Positions 41,725 to 56,941 of a DNA stretch of 64,000 nt are shown here, piece after piece. The DNA is from the human T2T-CHM13v2.0 reference genome, Homo sapiens: positions 17,184,001 to 17,248,000 of the forward strand of contig CP068257.2 in assembly GCA_009914755.4 (NCBI GenBank), read 5' to 3'. The notes beneath the pieces were generated by a model. The model did no database searches, had not been told where the DNA came from, and saw nothing but the letters and a program-made list of their open reading frames with translations. A program made the translations under genes and the position numbers. Every line of letters begins with the position of its first letter. The first letter of the stretch is position 1.

Positions 41725-42047
41725 CTTTTTGTTTTTGTTTTTGTTTTTGTTTTTTGACAGAGTTTTGCTCTGTCACCCAGGCTGGAGTGCAGTGGCATGA
41801 TCTTGGCTCACTGCTATCTCTGCCTCAGGGTTCAAGTGACTTTCCTACCTCAGCCTCCCAAGTAGCTAAGATTACAGGCATGTGCTACTACAATCACACC
41901 CAGATATAAATATATATTAGTATTTTTACTAGAGATGGGATTTCACCATGTTGGCCAGGCTAATGTCGAACTCCTGGCCTAAAGTGATCCACCCACCTCG
42001 GCCTCCCAAATTGCTGGGATTACAGGCATGAGCCACCGTGCCCAGCC
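41725..42047 (-). mobile_element. Alu SINE (AluS-like), minus orientation, nested in the older L1, with ~9-bp TSD 'aatgctagt'
   Basis: Tail '(t)5g(t)5g...' then RC-Alu 'gacagagttttgctctgtcacccaggctggagtgcagtgg...ccaccgtgcccagcc'. 'ggaatgctagtatc' lies before and 'taatgctagtgat' after. Confidence 0.9.
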
Positions 42048-42857
42048 TAATGCTAGTGATTTTTGTACTTTGATTTTGTATCCTGAAACTGCTGAAGTTA
42101 TTTAACAGCTGAAGGGGCTTTTGGGTTGAGACTATGTGGTTTTCTAGATACAGAATCATGTCATCTGCAAGCAGGGTTAGTTTGACTTCAACTTTTCTTA
42201 TTTGGTTGTTCCTTATTTCTTACTGTTGCCTGATAGTTCTGGCCAGGAATTCCAATACCATGTTGAATAGGAGTGGTGAGAGACAGTACCCTTGTCTTTT
42301 GCCAGTTGTTAAGGGGAATGCTTCCAGCTTTTGCCCATTCAGTATGATGTTGGCTGTGGATCTGTCATAGATGACTCTTAATATTTTGAGTTATGTTCCT
42401 TCAATACCTAGTTTATTGAGAGTATTTAATATGAATGAATAATGAATTTTATCAAAAGCCTTTTCTGCATCTATTGAGATAATCATGTGATTGTCTTTAG
42501 TTTTGTTTATGTGATGAATCACATTTATTGATTTTTATACGTTGAACCAAGCTTGCATCCTGGGGATGAAGCCTGCTTGATCATGGTGGACTAGCTTTTT
42601 AATGTGCTGCTGGATTTGGTTTACAAGTATTTTATTGAGGATTTTTGCGTGGATGCTCATCAAGGATGTTGGCCTGAAGTTTTCTTTTTTTCCTTTGTCT
42701 CTGCCAGATTTTAATATTATGACAACGCTGGCCTCATAGAATGAGTTGAGGAGGGTTCCTCCTCCTCAATATTTTAGAATAGTTTCAATAGAAATGGCAT
42801 CAACTTTTCTTAGTACATCTAGAAGAATTTGGCTGTGAATCTATCTGGTCTTGGGCT

Positions 42858-42882
42858 TTTTTTTTTTTTTTTTTTTTTTTGA
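42858..42882. repeat. Poly(T) homopolymer run (~25 nt) inside L1 sequence
   Basis: 'gggcttttttttttttttttttttttttttgatgg'. Confidence 0.7.
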
Positions 42883-44135
42883 TGGTAGGCTGTTTATTAC
42901 TGGTTCAATGTCAGAGTTCATGATTGTTCTGTTCAGAGAATCAAGTGCTTTGTTGTTCAGCCTTGGGATAGCGTGTGTCTAGGAATTTATTCATCTGTCT
43001 TCTAGGTTTTCTAGTTTGTTTTCACAGAGGTATTCCTCTGTGGTCAGTGGTAACATCGCCTTTGTCATTTCTAATTATATTTATTTGGATCTTCTCTCAT
43101 TTCTTCTTTATTAGTCTAGCTAGTGGCCTATTTTAATTTTTTCAAAAAAAATCAACTGGATTCATTGAGCTTTTGAATGGCTTTTGTGTCTTAATCTTCT
43201 AGTTTGGCTCTTTTTTTTTTTCTTGTCTTCTGCTAGCTTTGGGATTGGTTTGCTCTTGATTCTCTACTTCTTCTAGTTGTGATGTTAGGTTGTTAATCTG
43301 AGATCTTTCTACATTTTTTATGTGGGGAATTAGTGCTATAAATTTCCCTCTTAACACTCACTGCCTTAGCTGTGTCCTTGGTATTCTGGTGTGTTGCATC
43401 TTTGTTCTCATGTACTTCCTGATTTCTTCATTTCATGCTTTACCAAAAAGTCATTCAGGAGCAGGTTGTTTAATTTCCATATAATTTCATGGTTTTGAGT
43501 GATGTTTTTTGTCTTGATTTCTATTTTTATTGTGCTGTGGTCCAAGAGTGAGTTATTTGCTGAGGGTTGTTTTATATCCAATTGTGTGGTCACTTTTAGA
43601 CTAGGTGTCATGTGGAGGTAAGAAGAATATATATTCCATTGTTTTGGGGTGGAGAGTTCTGTACGGGTCTATCAAATCCATTTGAGTTCAGGTCTTAAAT
43701 ATCTATATTAATTTTTTTCCTCAATGATATGTTTAATACTGTCAGCAGAGTGTTAATGCCCTTCACTATTATTGTGAGTGAGTGTAAGTTTCTTTGTAGG
43801 TTCTAAAAACTTGCTTTATGAATCTGAGTGCTCCTGTGTTGGATGCATTTATATTCAGAATAGTTAAGTCTTGTAGAATTTCAACAACCCTTTATGATTA
43901 TGTAATTCCCTTCTTTGTCCTTTTTAAATTTTTGTTTATTTAAAGGCTATTTTGTCTGAAATTAGCATTGCAACCCTTGCTTGTTTCTGATTTTCATTTA
44001 CTTATAGATTTTTCTCTATTCCTTTATTTTGAGCCCATGAATGTCATTATGTGTGAGATGGGTTTCTTGAAGACAGCTTACTATTGGGTCTTGTTATTTT
44101 ATCCAGCTTGCCACTCTGTCTTTTAAATGGGGGTA

Positions 44136-44640
44136 TGTACAAACAACTCCACCAACTGGACAAACCTATAACTTGTTGACAGCTTTCTCTCTCTGGTTCT
44201 CAGATGAGGAATGATGATAAAACAAAACCAAAAGGCATCTTATTGAGGAAGGTCAGCTCCAGTGGATTTCTCTGAGACAACCCAAGTTAGATGGAGCTAG
44301 CGGGAAAAAATACAGTAATTCTTTAAACTATCATTCAAGCAAAACCTGTGACCTAAGTGTTCCTTTTAAAGTAGCTAGACTTGTTAGAGATTTTATTGAG
44401 TGGATATAAGCACTTTATACAGAAACTTTTTTTTAAAAAATGTACACCGTCTTTTCATAGAACAGAGGAACAGCTGTCACATCAGTTCCCGATGCCAAGC
44501 ACAGCAATATAAAGTATATACCCTACGAGTTAGATGAAGCAGAGGAAAGGGATCAAGAGATTAATATACCTCTTTGAGAAAAGCACCCAAAATAAATCAT
44601 TTTATTATTTTTTGCAAAAATAAATAAATAAATAAATAAA
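44136..44640 (+). pseudogene. Retroposed fragment of an unidentified polyadenylated transcript, apparently an mRNA 3'UTR end. It is 5'-truncated, has an AATAAA signal and an (AAAT)n/A-rich tail, and is flanked by TSD '(t)aaatggggg'. It is nested in the older L1 in antisense
   Basis: L1 consensus 'gtcttttaa(a/t)tggggcatttagcccatttacatt' is split. 'gtcttttaaatggggg' + a 505-bp non-L1 insert ending '...cacccaaaataaatcattttattattttttgcaaaaataaataaataaataaataaat' + 'gggggcatttagcccatttacattc'. Confidence 0.65.
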
Positions 44641-45186
44641 TGGGGGCATTTAGCCCATTTACATTCATGGTTAGTATTGACATGTGTAATTCTGATCTTG
44701 TCATTGTGTCATTAGCTGGATATTATGCCGGCTTGTTTGTATGGTTGCTTTATAGTGACACTGGTCTTTGTACTTCAGTGTGTTTTTGTATTGGCTGATA
44801 ATGGTCTTTCCTTTCCATATTGAAAACTCTTTTTAATATCTCTTCTAAGATGCATCTGGTGCTAATGACCTTACTCAGCATTTATTTATCTAAAAATGAT
44901 CTTATTTTTCCTTCACTGAATAAGTGTAGTTTGCCTGGATATGAAATTCTTGGTTGAGAATACATTTTTTTCTGTAAGAATGCTGAATATAGGCCCCCAA
45001 TTTTTTCTGGCTTGTAAGGTTTCTGCTGAAAGGTCTGCTGTTAGCCTAATGGGGTTCCCTTTGTAGGGGACCTACCCTTTCTTTCTAGCTGACTTTAACA
45101 TTTTTTTTCATTTCAGCTTTTAAAAATAAGAAGATTATGTGTCCTGGGAATGATCTTCTCATGTAGGATATTTCAGGGGTTTCCTG

Positions 45187-45480
<294 letters not shown>

Positions 45481-45861
45481 ATAATTATAACCATAATCAT
45501 AATCACAATCAATCACAAATGAGACTATTACAGGGGTTATCTGTATTTTCTGAATTTGACTGTTGAACTCTCTAGGGAAACTGGGGATATTTTCAGGGAA
45601 AATACCTTGAAATGTGTTTTCTTTTTTTTTTTAATTTTTAAATTTATTTTATTATTATTATACTTTACTTTTTAGGGTACATGTGCACAATGTGCAGGTT
45701 AGTTACATATGTATACATGTGCCATGCTGGTGCACTGCACCCACTAACTCGTCATCTAGCATTAGGTATATCTCCCAATGCCATCCCTCCCCGCTCCCCC
45801 CACCCCACAACAGTCCCCAGAGTGTGATGTTCCCCTTCCTGTGTCCATGTGTTCTCATTGT

Positions 45862-49704
<3,843 letters not shown>

Positions 49705-49752
49705 TTATTTTGCTCGTTAGTTGATGCACTTTCTTCGTAGTCTCGATGGTCT

Positions 49753-50768
49753 TTACATTTTGGCATGATTTTGCAGCGGCTGGTACCGGTTGTTCCTTTC
49801 CATGTTTAGTGCTTCCTTCAGGAGCTCTTTTAGGGCAGGCCTGGTGGTGACAAAATCTCTCAGCAGTTGCTTGTCTGTAAAGTATTTTATTTCTCCTTCA
49901 CTTATGAAGCTTAGTTTGGCTGGATATGAAATTCTGGGTTGAAAATTCTTTTCTTTAAGAATGTTGAATATTGGCCCCCACTCTCTTCTGGCTTGTAGAG
50001 TTTCTGCCGAGATATCTGCTGTTAGTCTGATGGGCTTCCCTTTGAGGGTAACCCAACCTTTCTCTCTGGCTGCCCTTAACATTTTTTCCTTCGTTTCAAC
50101 TTTGGTGAATCTGACAATTATGTGTCTTGGAGTTGCTCTTCTCGAGGAGTATCTTTGTGGTGTTCTCTGTATTTCCTGAATCTGAATGTTGGCTTGCCTT
50201 GCTAGATTGGGGTAGTTCTCCTGGATAATATCCTGCAGAGTGTTTTCCAACTTGGTTCCATTCTCCCCGTCACTTTCAGGTACACCAATCAGATGTAGAT
50301 TTGGTCTTTTCACATAGTCCCATATTTCTTGGAGGCTTTGCTCGTTTCTTTTTATTCTTTTTTCTCTAAACTTCTCTTCTCGCTTCATTTCATTCATTTC
50401 ATCTTCCACTGCTCATACCCTTTCTTCCAGTTGATCGCATTGGCTCCTGAGGCTTCTGCATTCTTCACGTAGTTCTCGAGCCTTGGTTTTCAGCTCCATC
50501 AGCTCCTTTAAGCACTTCTCTGTATTGGTTATTCTAGTTATACATTCTTCTAAATTTTTTTCAAAGTTTTCAACTTCTTTGCCTTTGGTTTGAATGTCCT
50601 CCCGTAGCTCAGAGTAATTTGATCGTCTGAAGCCTTCTTCTCTCAGCTCGTCAAAGTCATTCTCGTCCAGCTTTGTTCCGTTGCTGGTGAGGAACTGCGT
50701 TCCTTTGGAGGAGGAGAGGCGCTCTGCTTTTTAGAGTTTCCAGTTTTTCTGCTCTGTTTTTTCCCCAT
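49753..50768 (-). pseudogene. L1 ORF1 of the young element. It is disrupted, with ATG at 50768, an N-terminal 41 codons, then a frameshift (span 1016 nt, not a multiple of 3) and an in-frame TGA upstream of the 218-aa C-terminal ORF (49753-50409)
   Basis: N-terminal ORF fragment '...MGKKQSRKTGNSKKQSASPPPKERSSSPATEQSWTRMTLTS*' (expected ...SWMENDFDELREEGF; 'agctggacgagaatgac' vs consensus 'AGCTGGATGGAGAATGAT' implies a 1-nt deletion). 'gaagaaagggtatgagcagtggaagatgaaatgaatgaaatg' contains TGA where the consensus has TCA. The C-terminal ORF 'MEDEMNEMKREEKFREKRIKRNEQSLQEIWDYVKRPNL...QPLQNHAKM*' is intact. Confidence 0.8.
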
Positions 50769-51676
50769 CTTTGTGGTTTTATCTACTTTTGGTCTTTGAT
50801 GATGGTGATGTACAGATGGGTTTTTGGTGTGGATGTCCTTTCTGTTTGTTAGTTTTCCTTCTAACACACAGGACCCTCAGCTGCAGGTCTGTTGGAGTAC
50901 CCAGCCATGTGAGGTGTCAGTCTGCCCCTGCTGGGGGGTGCCTTCCAGTTAGGCTGCTCGGGGGTCAGGGGTCAGGGACCCACTTGAGGAGGCAGTCTGC
51001 CCGTTCTCAGATCTCTAGCTGCGTGCTGGGAGAACCACTGCTCTCTTCAAAGCTGTCAGACAGGGACATTTAAGTCTGCAGAGGTTACTGCTATCTTTTG
51101 GTTTGTTTGTGCCCTGCCTCCAGAGGTGGAGCCTACAGAGGCAGGCAGGCCTCCTTGAGCTGTGGTGGGCTTTACCCAGTTCGAGCTTCCCCACTGCTTT
51201 GTTTACTTAAGCAAGCCTGGGCAATGGCGGGCGCCCCTCCCCCAGCCTCGCTGCTGCCTTGCAGTTTGATCTCAGACTGCTGTGCTAGCAATCAGCCAGT
51301 CTCCGTGGGTGTAGGACCCTCCGAGCCATGTGCGGGATATAATCTCCTGGTGTGCCGTTTTTTAAGCCCGTCGGAAAAGCGCAGTATTCGGGTGGGAGTG
51401 ACCTGATTTTCCAGGTGCCCTCTGTCACCACTTTCTTTGACTAGGAAAGGGAACTCCCTGACCCCTTGCGCTTCCCAAGCGAGGCAATGCCTCGCCCTGC
51501 TTCGGCTCGCGAACAGTGCGCGCATCCACTGACCTGCGCCCACTGTCTGGCACTCCCTAGTAAGATGAACCCGGTACCTCAGATGGAAATGCAGAAATCA
51601 TCCATCTTCTGTGTCGCTCACGCTGGGAGCTGTAGACCGGAGCTGTTCCTATTCAGCCATCTTGGCTCCTCCGCTC
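50769..51676 (-). promoter_or_regulatory. L1 5'UTR of the young element (internal sense promoter; antisense promoter region). The YY1-box region 'caagatggctg' is at the extreme 5' end
   Basis: GC/CpG-rich ~900 bp, colinear with the L1PA 5'UTR consensus from my memory ('...gcgcttttccgacgggcttaaaaaacggcacaccaggagattatatcccgcacatggctcggagggtcctacacccacggagactggctgattgctagcacagcagtctgagatcaaactgcaaggcagcagcgaggctggggg...' as RC). The + strand ORFs here are GC-driven artefacts, apart from the ORF0-like frame listed separately. Confidence 0.7.
51224..51406 (+). CDS. Candidate L1 antisense ORF0-like reading frame (60 aa) in the 5'UTR of the young L1
   Basis: 'MAGAPPPASLLPCSLISDCCASNQPVSVGVGPSEPCAGYNLLVCRFLSPSEKRSIRVGVT*'. 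It is on the strand antisense to the L1 and in the position of the primate-specific ORF0. Its resemblance to the published ORF0 peptide is from memory only. The ORF-track entry 51098-51406 is an upstream extension. Confidence 0.45.
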   Translation: MAGAPPPASLLPCSLISDCCASNQPVSVGVGPSEPCAGYNLLVCRFLSPSEKRSIRVGVT

Positions 51677-52249
51677 TGAAATGTGTTTTCTAACTTGTAT
51701 GTTTCTCCCTGTCCCTTTCAGGGATTGCAATGATTTATAGATTTCCCTCTTTACATAATCCCATATTTCTCAGAGGTTTTGTTTGTTCCTTTTTATTCTT
51801 TTTTATTTGATTTTGTCTGACTGTCTTATTTCAGAGAGCCAATCTTCAAGTTCTGAGGTTCCTTCCTCAGCTTGGCTTATTCTGCTGTTAATATTTGTGA
51901 TTGCATTGTAAAATTCTTGTAGAGTGGTTTTCAGCTCTATCAGATTACTTAGCTTCTTTTTTATATTGGCTAATTTTTCTGTCCTATATTGTTTTATTGT
52001 GATTCTTATTTTGCTTGAATTGGGTTTTGCCATACTCTTGAATATTGATAATCTTAATTTCTATCCATATTCTGAATTATATTTCTGACATTTCAGCCAA
52101 CTCGGCCTGGTTAAGAATCCTCTTTGGGGAACCAGTGTGATCATTTGGAGGACATAAGACACCCTGGCCATTTGAGTTGCTGGAGTTCTTGTGTTGGTTC
52201 TTTCTCATGTCTACGTGTGGGTATTTCTTTGACTGCTGGGTTGCCTCTA

Positions 52250-53700
52250 ATTAAAGTGGTCAGGCAGAGGAAGAGTGGTTGTGTTGGAGTCCCAGGCTCA
52301 GCAGCCCTGCTCAGTGAGAAGTGAGGACCAGGACCTATGTGGAGCACAGTCTGGCCACTTTTCCATGAGGTGGGTGCTTTGTGCTGGGAGTCCAGATCAG
52401 CCCCTGGTCCCCATGGCTCTCTGGAGCCTGAAGACAGCAAGGGCAAGGGCTGTGAGATGGAAAACATGGTAACCCATCTATATTAGTTCATTCTTGCACT
52501 GCTTTAAAAAAGTACCTGAAACTGTGTAATTTATAAAGAAAACACATGTAATTGGCTCACGGTTCTGCAAGCTGTGCAGGTAGGATGGCTGGGCAGGCCT
52601 CAGGAAACTTTCAATCATGGCAGAAGGTGAAGCGGAAGCAGGCATGTCTTACATGGCTGGAGAAGAAGGAATAGAGAGAAAGGGGAGGTGCTACACAGTG
52701 TTAAATAAGTAGATCTTATGAGAACTCACTCACTATTACAAAAACAGCAAGGGGGAAGTCTGCCTCCATGATTCATTCTCCTCCCACCAGGCACCTCCTC
52801 CAACACTGGGGATAACAGTTAGACACAAGAATTGGACAGGAACACAAATCCAAACTGTATCACCATCCCTCCCTCTGGGAGCTCTGTCTCAGGGAGTTGC
52901 AGAGCTGATACTGGCTCTATAGCCCCAGCTGGGGAGTGGCAGGAAAGCCAAGCAGAGAGGACTTGCCCAGTGAGGAGACACAAAACTGGGGACCCATGTT
53001 ACAAATAGTCTGGCTGCTGCAATATCCTGGGGGGCCTCTCCAGTCCTTAGTCACCTCATATTTTCTAGCACCTGAAGGTATCCACAGTGAAGGCTGTAAA
53101 GCCACAAAGATGGTGGCCTTCCCCTCCCTCTGGGGGCTCCATCCCAGAGAGGTACATACCTGCTGTACCCCAAATGCACCTGCAGGAGCTAGTTAGAGAC
53201 CCCATTAGGGAGATCCCACCCAGTGAGGAAAAATGGGATCCGGGACCCAGGTGAAAAAGCAGTCTGTCTGCCTCTCTGTAGAGCTGCTGTGCTGGGGGAC
53301 TGCTCCAGTCTCTAGCTGCCTTGGACTCCCTAGAGCCCAAAGGCAACAATGGCTCTAGCTAAGGCTGTGAAACAGCAAATATGGCAGCCTGCCCCTTCCC
53401 CTGGGAGCCCCATCTCAGGGAGGTGTAATGCTGCTACCACCAGTGGCTGGCTGGAGTTAGAAGCCACTGGGTCTTATCCTGTGAGGGGCCTTGTAAGGGG
53501 GGCCTGCAGACCATAGCTGCTCAGCCCCCTGGATTCAGTTTGTTTCCTAGGAGTATGCGCAGGAGTCTAACTTCTCACTTTGCTGGAGTTGCAGCTGCTT
53601 TTTCTGGGAAGCCGAGATATTTAAAGCTCCTGGGGCTCCACGTGTGCCTGAACAGCTGCTCTGCCAAGACTCCACACAGCACTGCGTGTCAGACTGCAGA
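52250..53700 (-). repeat. Array of >=4 diverged tandem units of ~250-270 bp forming the 5' region (presumed 5'UTR) of the older L1. The array is split by the MaLR LTR at 52478-52850
   Basis: Recurring unit landmarks are 'ccc(c/t)tcccctgggagc(t/c)c(t/c)atc(t/c)cag(g/a)gag', 'ctgct', 'cagtgagga', 'ggggaccc', and 'ggctgtga(a/g)a(c/t)(a/g)gcaa...atgg..gcc..cccc'. Unit starts are near 52250 (partial), 52882, 53130 and 53400. The same unit tail 'ggctgtgagatggaaaacatggtaaccc' at 52445-52477 abuts the LTR. Confidence 0.5.
52478..52850 (-). mobile_element. Solo MaLR LTR (THE1/MST-like), minus orientation, inserted in the 5' region of the older L1
   Basis: RC-LTR 'tatattagttcattcttgcactgctttaaaaaagtacctgaaactgtgtaatttataaag...cagaaggtgaagcggaagcaggcatgtcttacatgg...ctcactcactattacaaaaacagcaagggggaagtctgcctccatgattcattctcctcccaccaggcacctcctccaacactggggataacag'. 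Confidence 0.85.
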
Positions 53701-54967
53701 CCCTGGTGGAGTGTGTTCATAACGGAATCTCCTGACCTGAGGGTTGCAGAGAACCGTAGGAGAAGTGTGGGCCCCCAGGGTTGCTTACTCACTCACCATT
53801 TCCCTGGGCAGGCGAGGCTCCCCTGGCTCCGTGTGACTGTCAGGTGGGCAGTTGTCCTGTCTTCCCTCCATTCTCTGTGGGTTATTTTCTTGATGAATCC
53901 CATGTGTTTACAAGGATGTTGAAGGTGCTGTATTCACTTCCTCTTTCTATTTTTCTCCATGAGAGAAAGGCATACTAGCTGCTTCTAGCTGGCCACCTTG
54001 GCAAGTCTCTTCTCTAAGTATTTTTACAGTATATATAATCTTTGTTTACTTTTAAAAGAGGACTCATATCTCAAATGCAGCTTCCTTTGATTATTGTGGA
54101 ATAAAGTAGAAAAAAAATGGAATGGAAAGGAGAAAAGGAGGAATAAATATATCTAAACATATAAGATATTTCTAAGCATTTTCTGATATATGCTATTATA
54201 CGTGTAACAATAGTTTCCCTACTTAAAAATAATTTTAAAAATTGGCTTTGATAAAAAGCACAGTAAAGTAATACTAGTAATCACTTCAAGAAATCTTCTT
54301 GGTCTTTTGTTTCCAATTTCTGATGTATGTGCATTTAATCCTCCAATATATACATAGAAATAAAGTGAATCAATGGATAAACTAATTATAATAAACAGGC
54401 ATGGGCATAGCCAAACATAATACTCTATCACTTCTCATTAAAAATATTCTAAGAGAAAACTTGAGATTTAAATATGTAAATAGTCACACTGATTGTTTTT
54501 TATTTTTAGGAAGTAAGCAAATCATATAGGCTACAAGGATAATAATGTTTAATTTAGGAGACAATGGCAGAGTTCCTCAAAAAGAACTGTAAAATATCAC
54601 ACAAAAACTATTTTTGGAAATTAATAAAAGATTATAATTTATGTGTAATAATCATAAATTCTTTTCCCCACATAGAATGCAGCACTGAAGATTTAAAGCA
54701 CGTAAACACCTTATCAGTAAATTCTTTATAATCAATATGAAGAGATATATTATACATAGAAAATAACCTAAAATTTAAGAATTGTTGAATTCTGTGGAGA
54801 ACTATAAAAATATAATGTGTTAATGTTAATAATAATTACCAAATTGTAGGTGCTTTTAAGATTCAGTGGAAGTAATGAACTGAACATGGTGCTAGATAGT
54901 TTTACACCAAAATGTTACATTAGTTAAGAGGAGAGAAGGATGTAAAAAATAATAATAATAAACATAG

Positions 54968-55281
54968 GGCTGGGCACAGTGGCTCACGCCTGTAATCCCA
55001 GCATTTTGGGAGGTCGAGGCGGGCAGACCACTTTAGGTCAGGACTTTGAGACCAGCCTGGCCAACATGACAAAACCCATCTCTACTAAAAATGCAAAAAT
55101 TAGCTGGTGGTGGTGGTGCATGCCTCTAATCCCAGCTACTCGGGAGGTGGGGTCAGTAGATTTGCTTTACCCAGGGGGCAGAGGTTGCAGTGTGCTGAGA
55201 CCATGCCATTGCATTCCAGCCTGGGCGACAGGGTGAGACTCCGTCTCAAAAATAAGTAAATAAAATAAAATAAAAATAAAC
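54968..55281 (+). mobile_element. Alu SINE (AluS-like) with A-rich tail
   Basis: 'ggctgggcacagtggctcacgcctgtaatcccagcattttgggaggtcgaggcgggcagaccactttaggtcaggactttgagaccagcctggccaacatgacaaaacccatctctactaaaaatgcaaaaattagctgg...' plus 'aaaataagtaaataaaataaaataaaaataaa'. Confidence 0.9.
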
Positions 55282-56941
55282 ATATTTTTGTGTCAGACAG
55301 CTTTATATATGATGAAGAGAATATTTTTGCCTAAACAAATTGTATATGGCAGTCATAAGAGACACATATAAAGATTTAGCCTAGGGAGTATTTGAAAAGG
55401 ACCTGGGACAAAAATCTTAAAATCAGGGAAGTAAATGAAAAGTTAATAAATTACTCTTGGATAAAAAAAATTATGTATTTTTATAAGTCTGAGCCTAAAG
55501 CTCTACTTTCCTAAAAAGCTGGGAATTAAAATCATCCACTGAACAGACTCAGTCTTCCTGTTTACGAATGAAAGTGAGTGATATAACCTGAATGGCACTT
55601 TGTTGGACAATCTTAAATAAGTTATTACCTGTTCTGGGATTTTAAAAGTCCAATTAAGCTGTTTCTTTCCAGCAAGCAACCAAGCTTTAAGCTAAAGCCT
55701 AGTATTTTCTCAGTAGGGTTAATGAAGAAGCTCTTAAATAAAACAAGCTCCTCAATAATCCCTGCTGGCTTTTAATGCTTCATCTTGATGCTAAATTAGT
55801 TCCAGTAGCATAATTCTTTTAGCTCTTGGTCGTTTGGCTCACATCAAGCCTCTTGCCATAAACTCTTGAAAACATAGGATTTTATTTAAACAATTCTTCA
55901 AATTTTCTGAGTTGATATTGGCCTAATTTGAAATCCATAGCCCATTAGACTAACATCTGAATGGCAGTGTTGTTATAAATTCGTATACCCCCTATTTTGA
56001 GAGCCATAGTATAAGATAAATTTCTAAATATTAAAAAAGAAGCCTTATAGTCTAAATTGTCAGGTTATGTTTAATATGTAAATATTAGGAGCTGTTTATG
56101 TACAACTGTGGGTTTCCAATTTTAGTATATATCAGCATTATCTGGTGGGTTGTTAAACACAGGTTGCTAAGCCTCAAACACAAAGCTTGTGATTTAGTGA
56201 GTTTGGAATAGAGTTCCAAAAGTTACATCACTAGAAAGTTCTCAGGCAAAACTAATGCTAGTGGTGTGGAGAATACACTTTGAGAACCACTACTTTAAAA
56301 TATTTTGACTCTATTAGTGTTGGGATGTTAAGACAGACACTTGATATCTCTGAGACTCAGTTTCCACTTATTGAGGTATTAAAAGTATTAAAAGTAATGA
56401 GGTATCAAAACATTGCTTTGATAAGTATGAGACAATATGTAAATGATTCAGCAGGGATTCTGCACATAGTTGATAATTTGCCAATATTAACTGCCACTCT
56501 TTCCCTCTCTAAAGTTCACCGTTACATAGTGCCTAGCCAAACTTGTAAAACCAACAGAAGCAATGCATTTTAAATAGTCTTAAATGTTCCTTCTGGAGGA
56601 ATGGGAAGAAAGATGTCTTCAATCAATGCAGAGGTAGAGATTGGCCTGAGAAGGAAACAGATAAAGCTTAGTACTTTCTAACTGTGGGGATGATCAACCC
56701 ATGTCAGTGTCATCTTGTTCCTCATCAGTCCTGATACTAAGACATGTCCAAAAGCAAAAACAAACAATAAAAAAAAAAACACTGGGAAGAAGAACAGTCT
56801 ACGTCAGTTACTACTGTCTATTGCAAATTCCAGAAAGCACAACAAAAAACCAGCTTAAACAGATTAAATTTTACTCATCATACATAACATGGCCAGGCAT
56901 ATACTATTTTCTCTAGTTCTCTCACTTGGCATTCTGCATAG

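Noticed and set aside
50771-51693. Several 75-100 aa + strand ORFs (50771-51073, 51098-51223 extension, 51292-51543 minus, 51466-51693) in GC-rich sequence
   Set aside because: They lie in the CpG/GC-rich L1 5'UTR, where long open frames arise by composition. Only the ATG-initiated ORF0-like segment (51224-51406) has any precedent.
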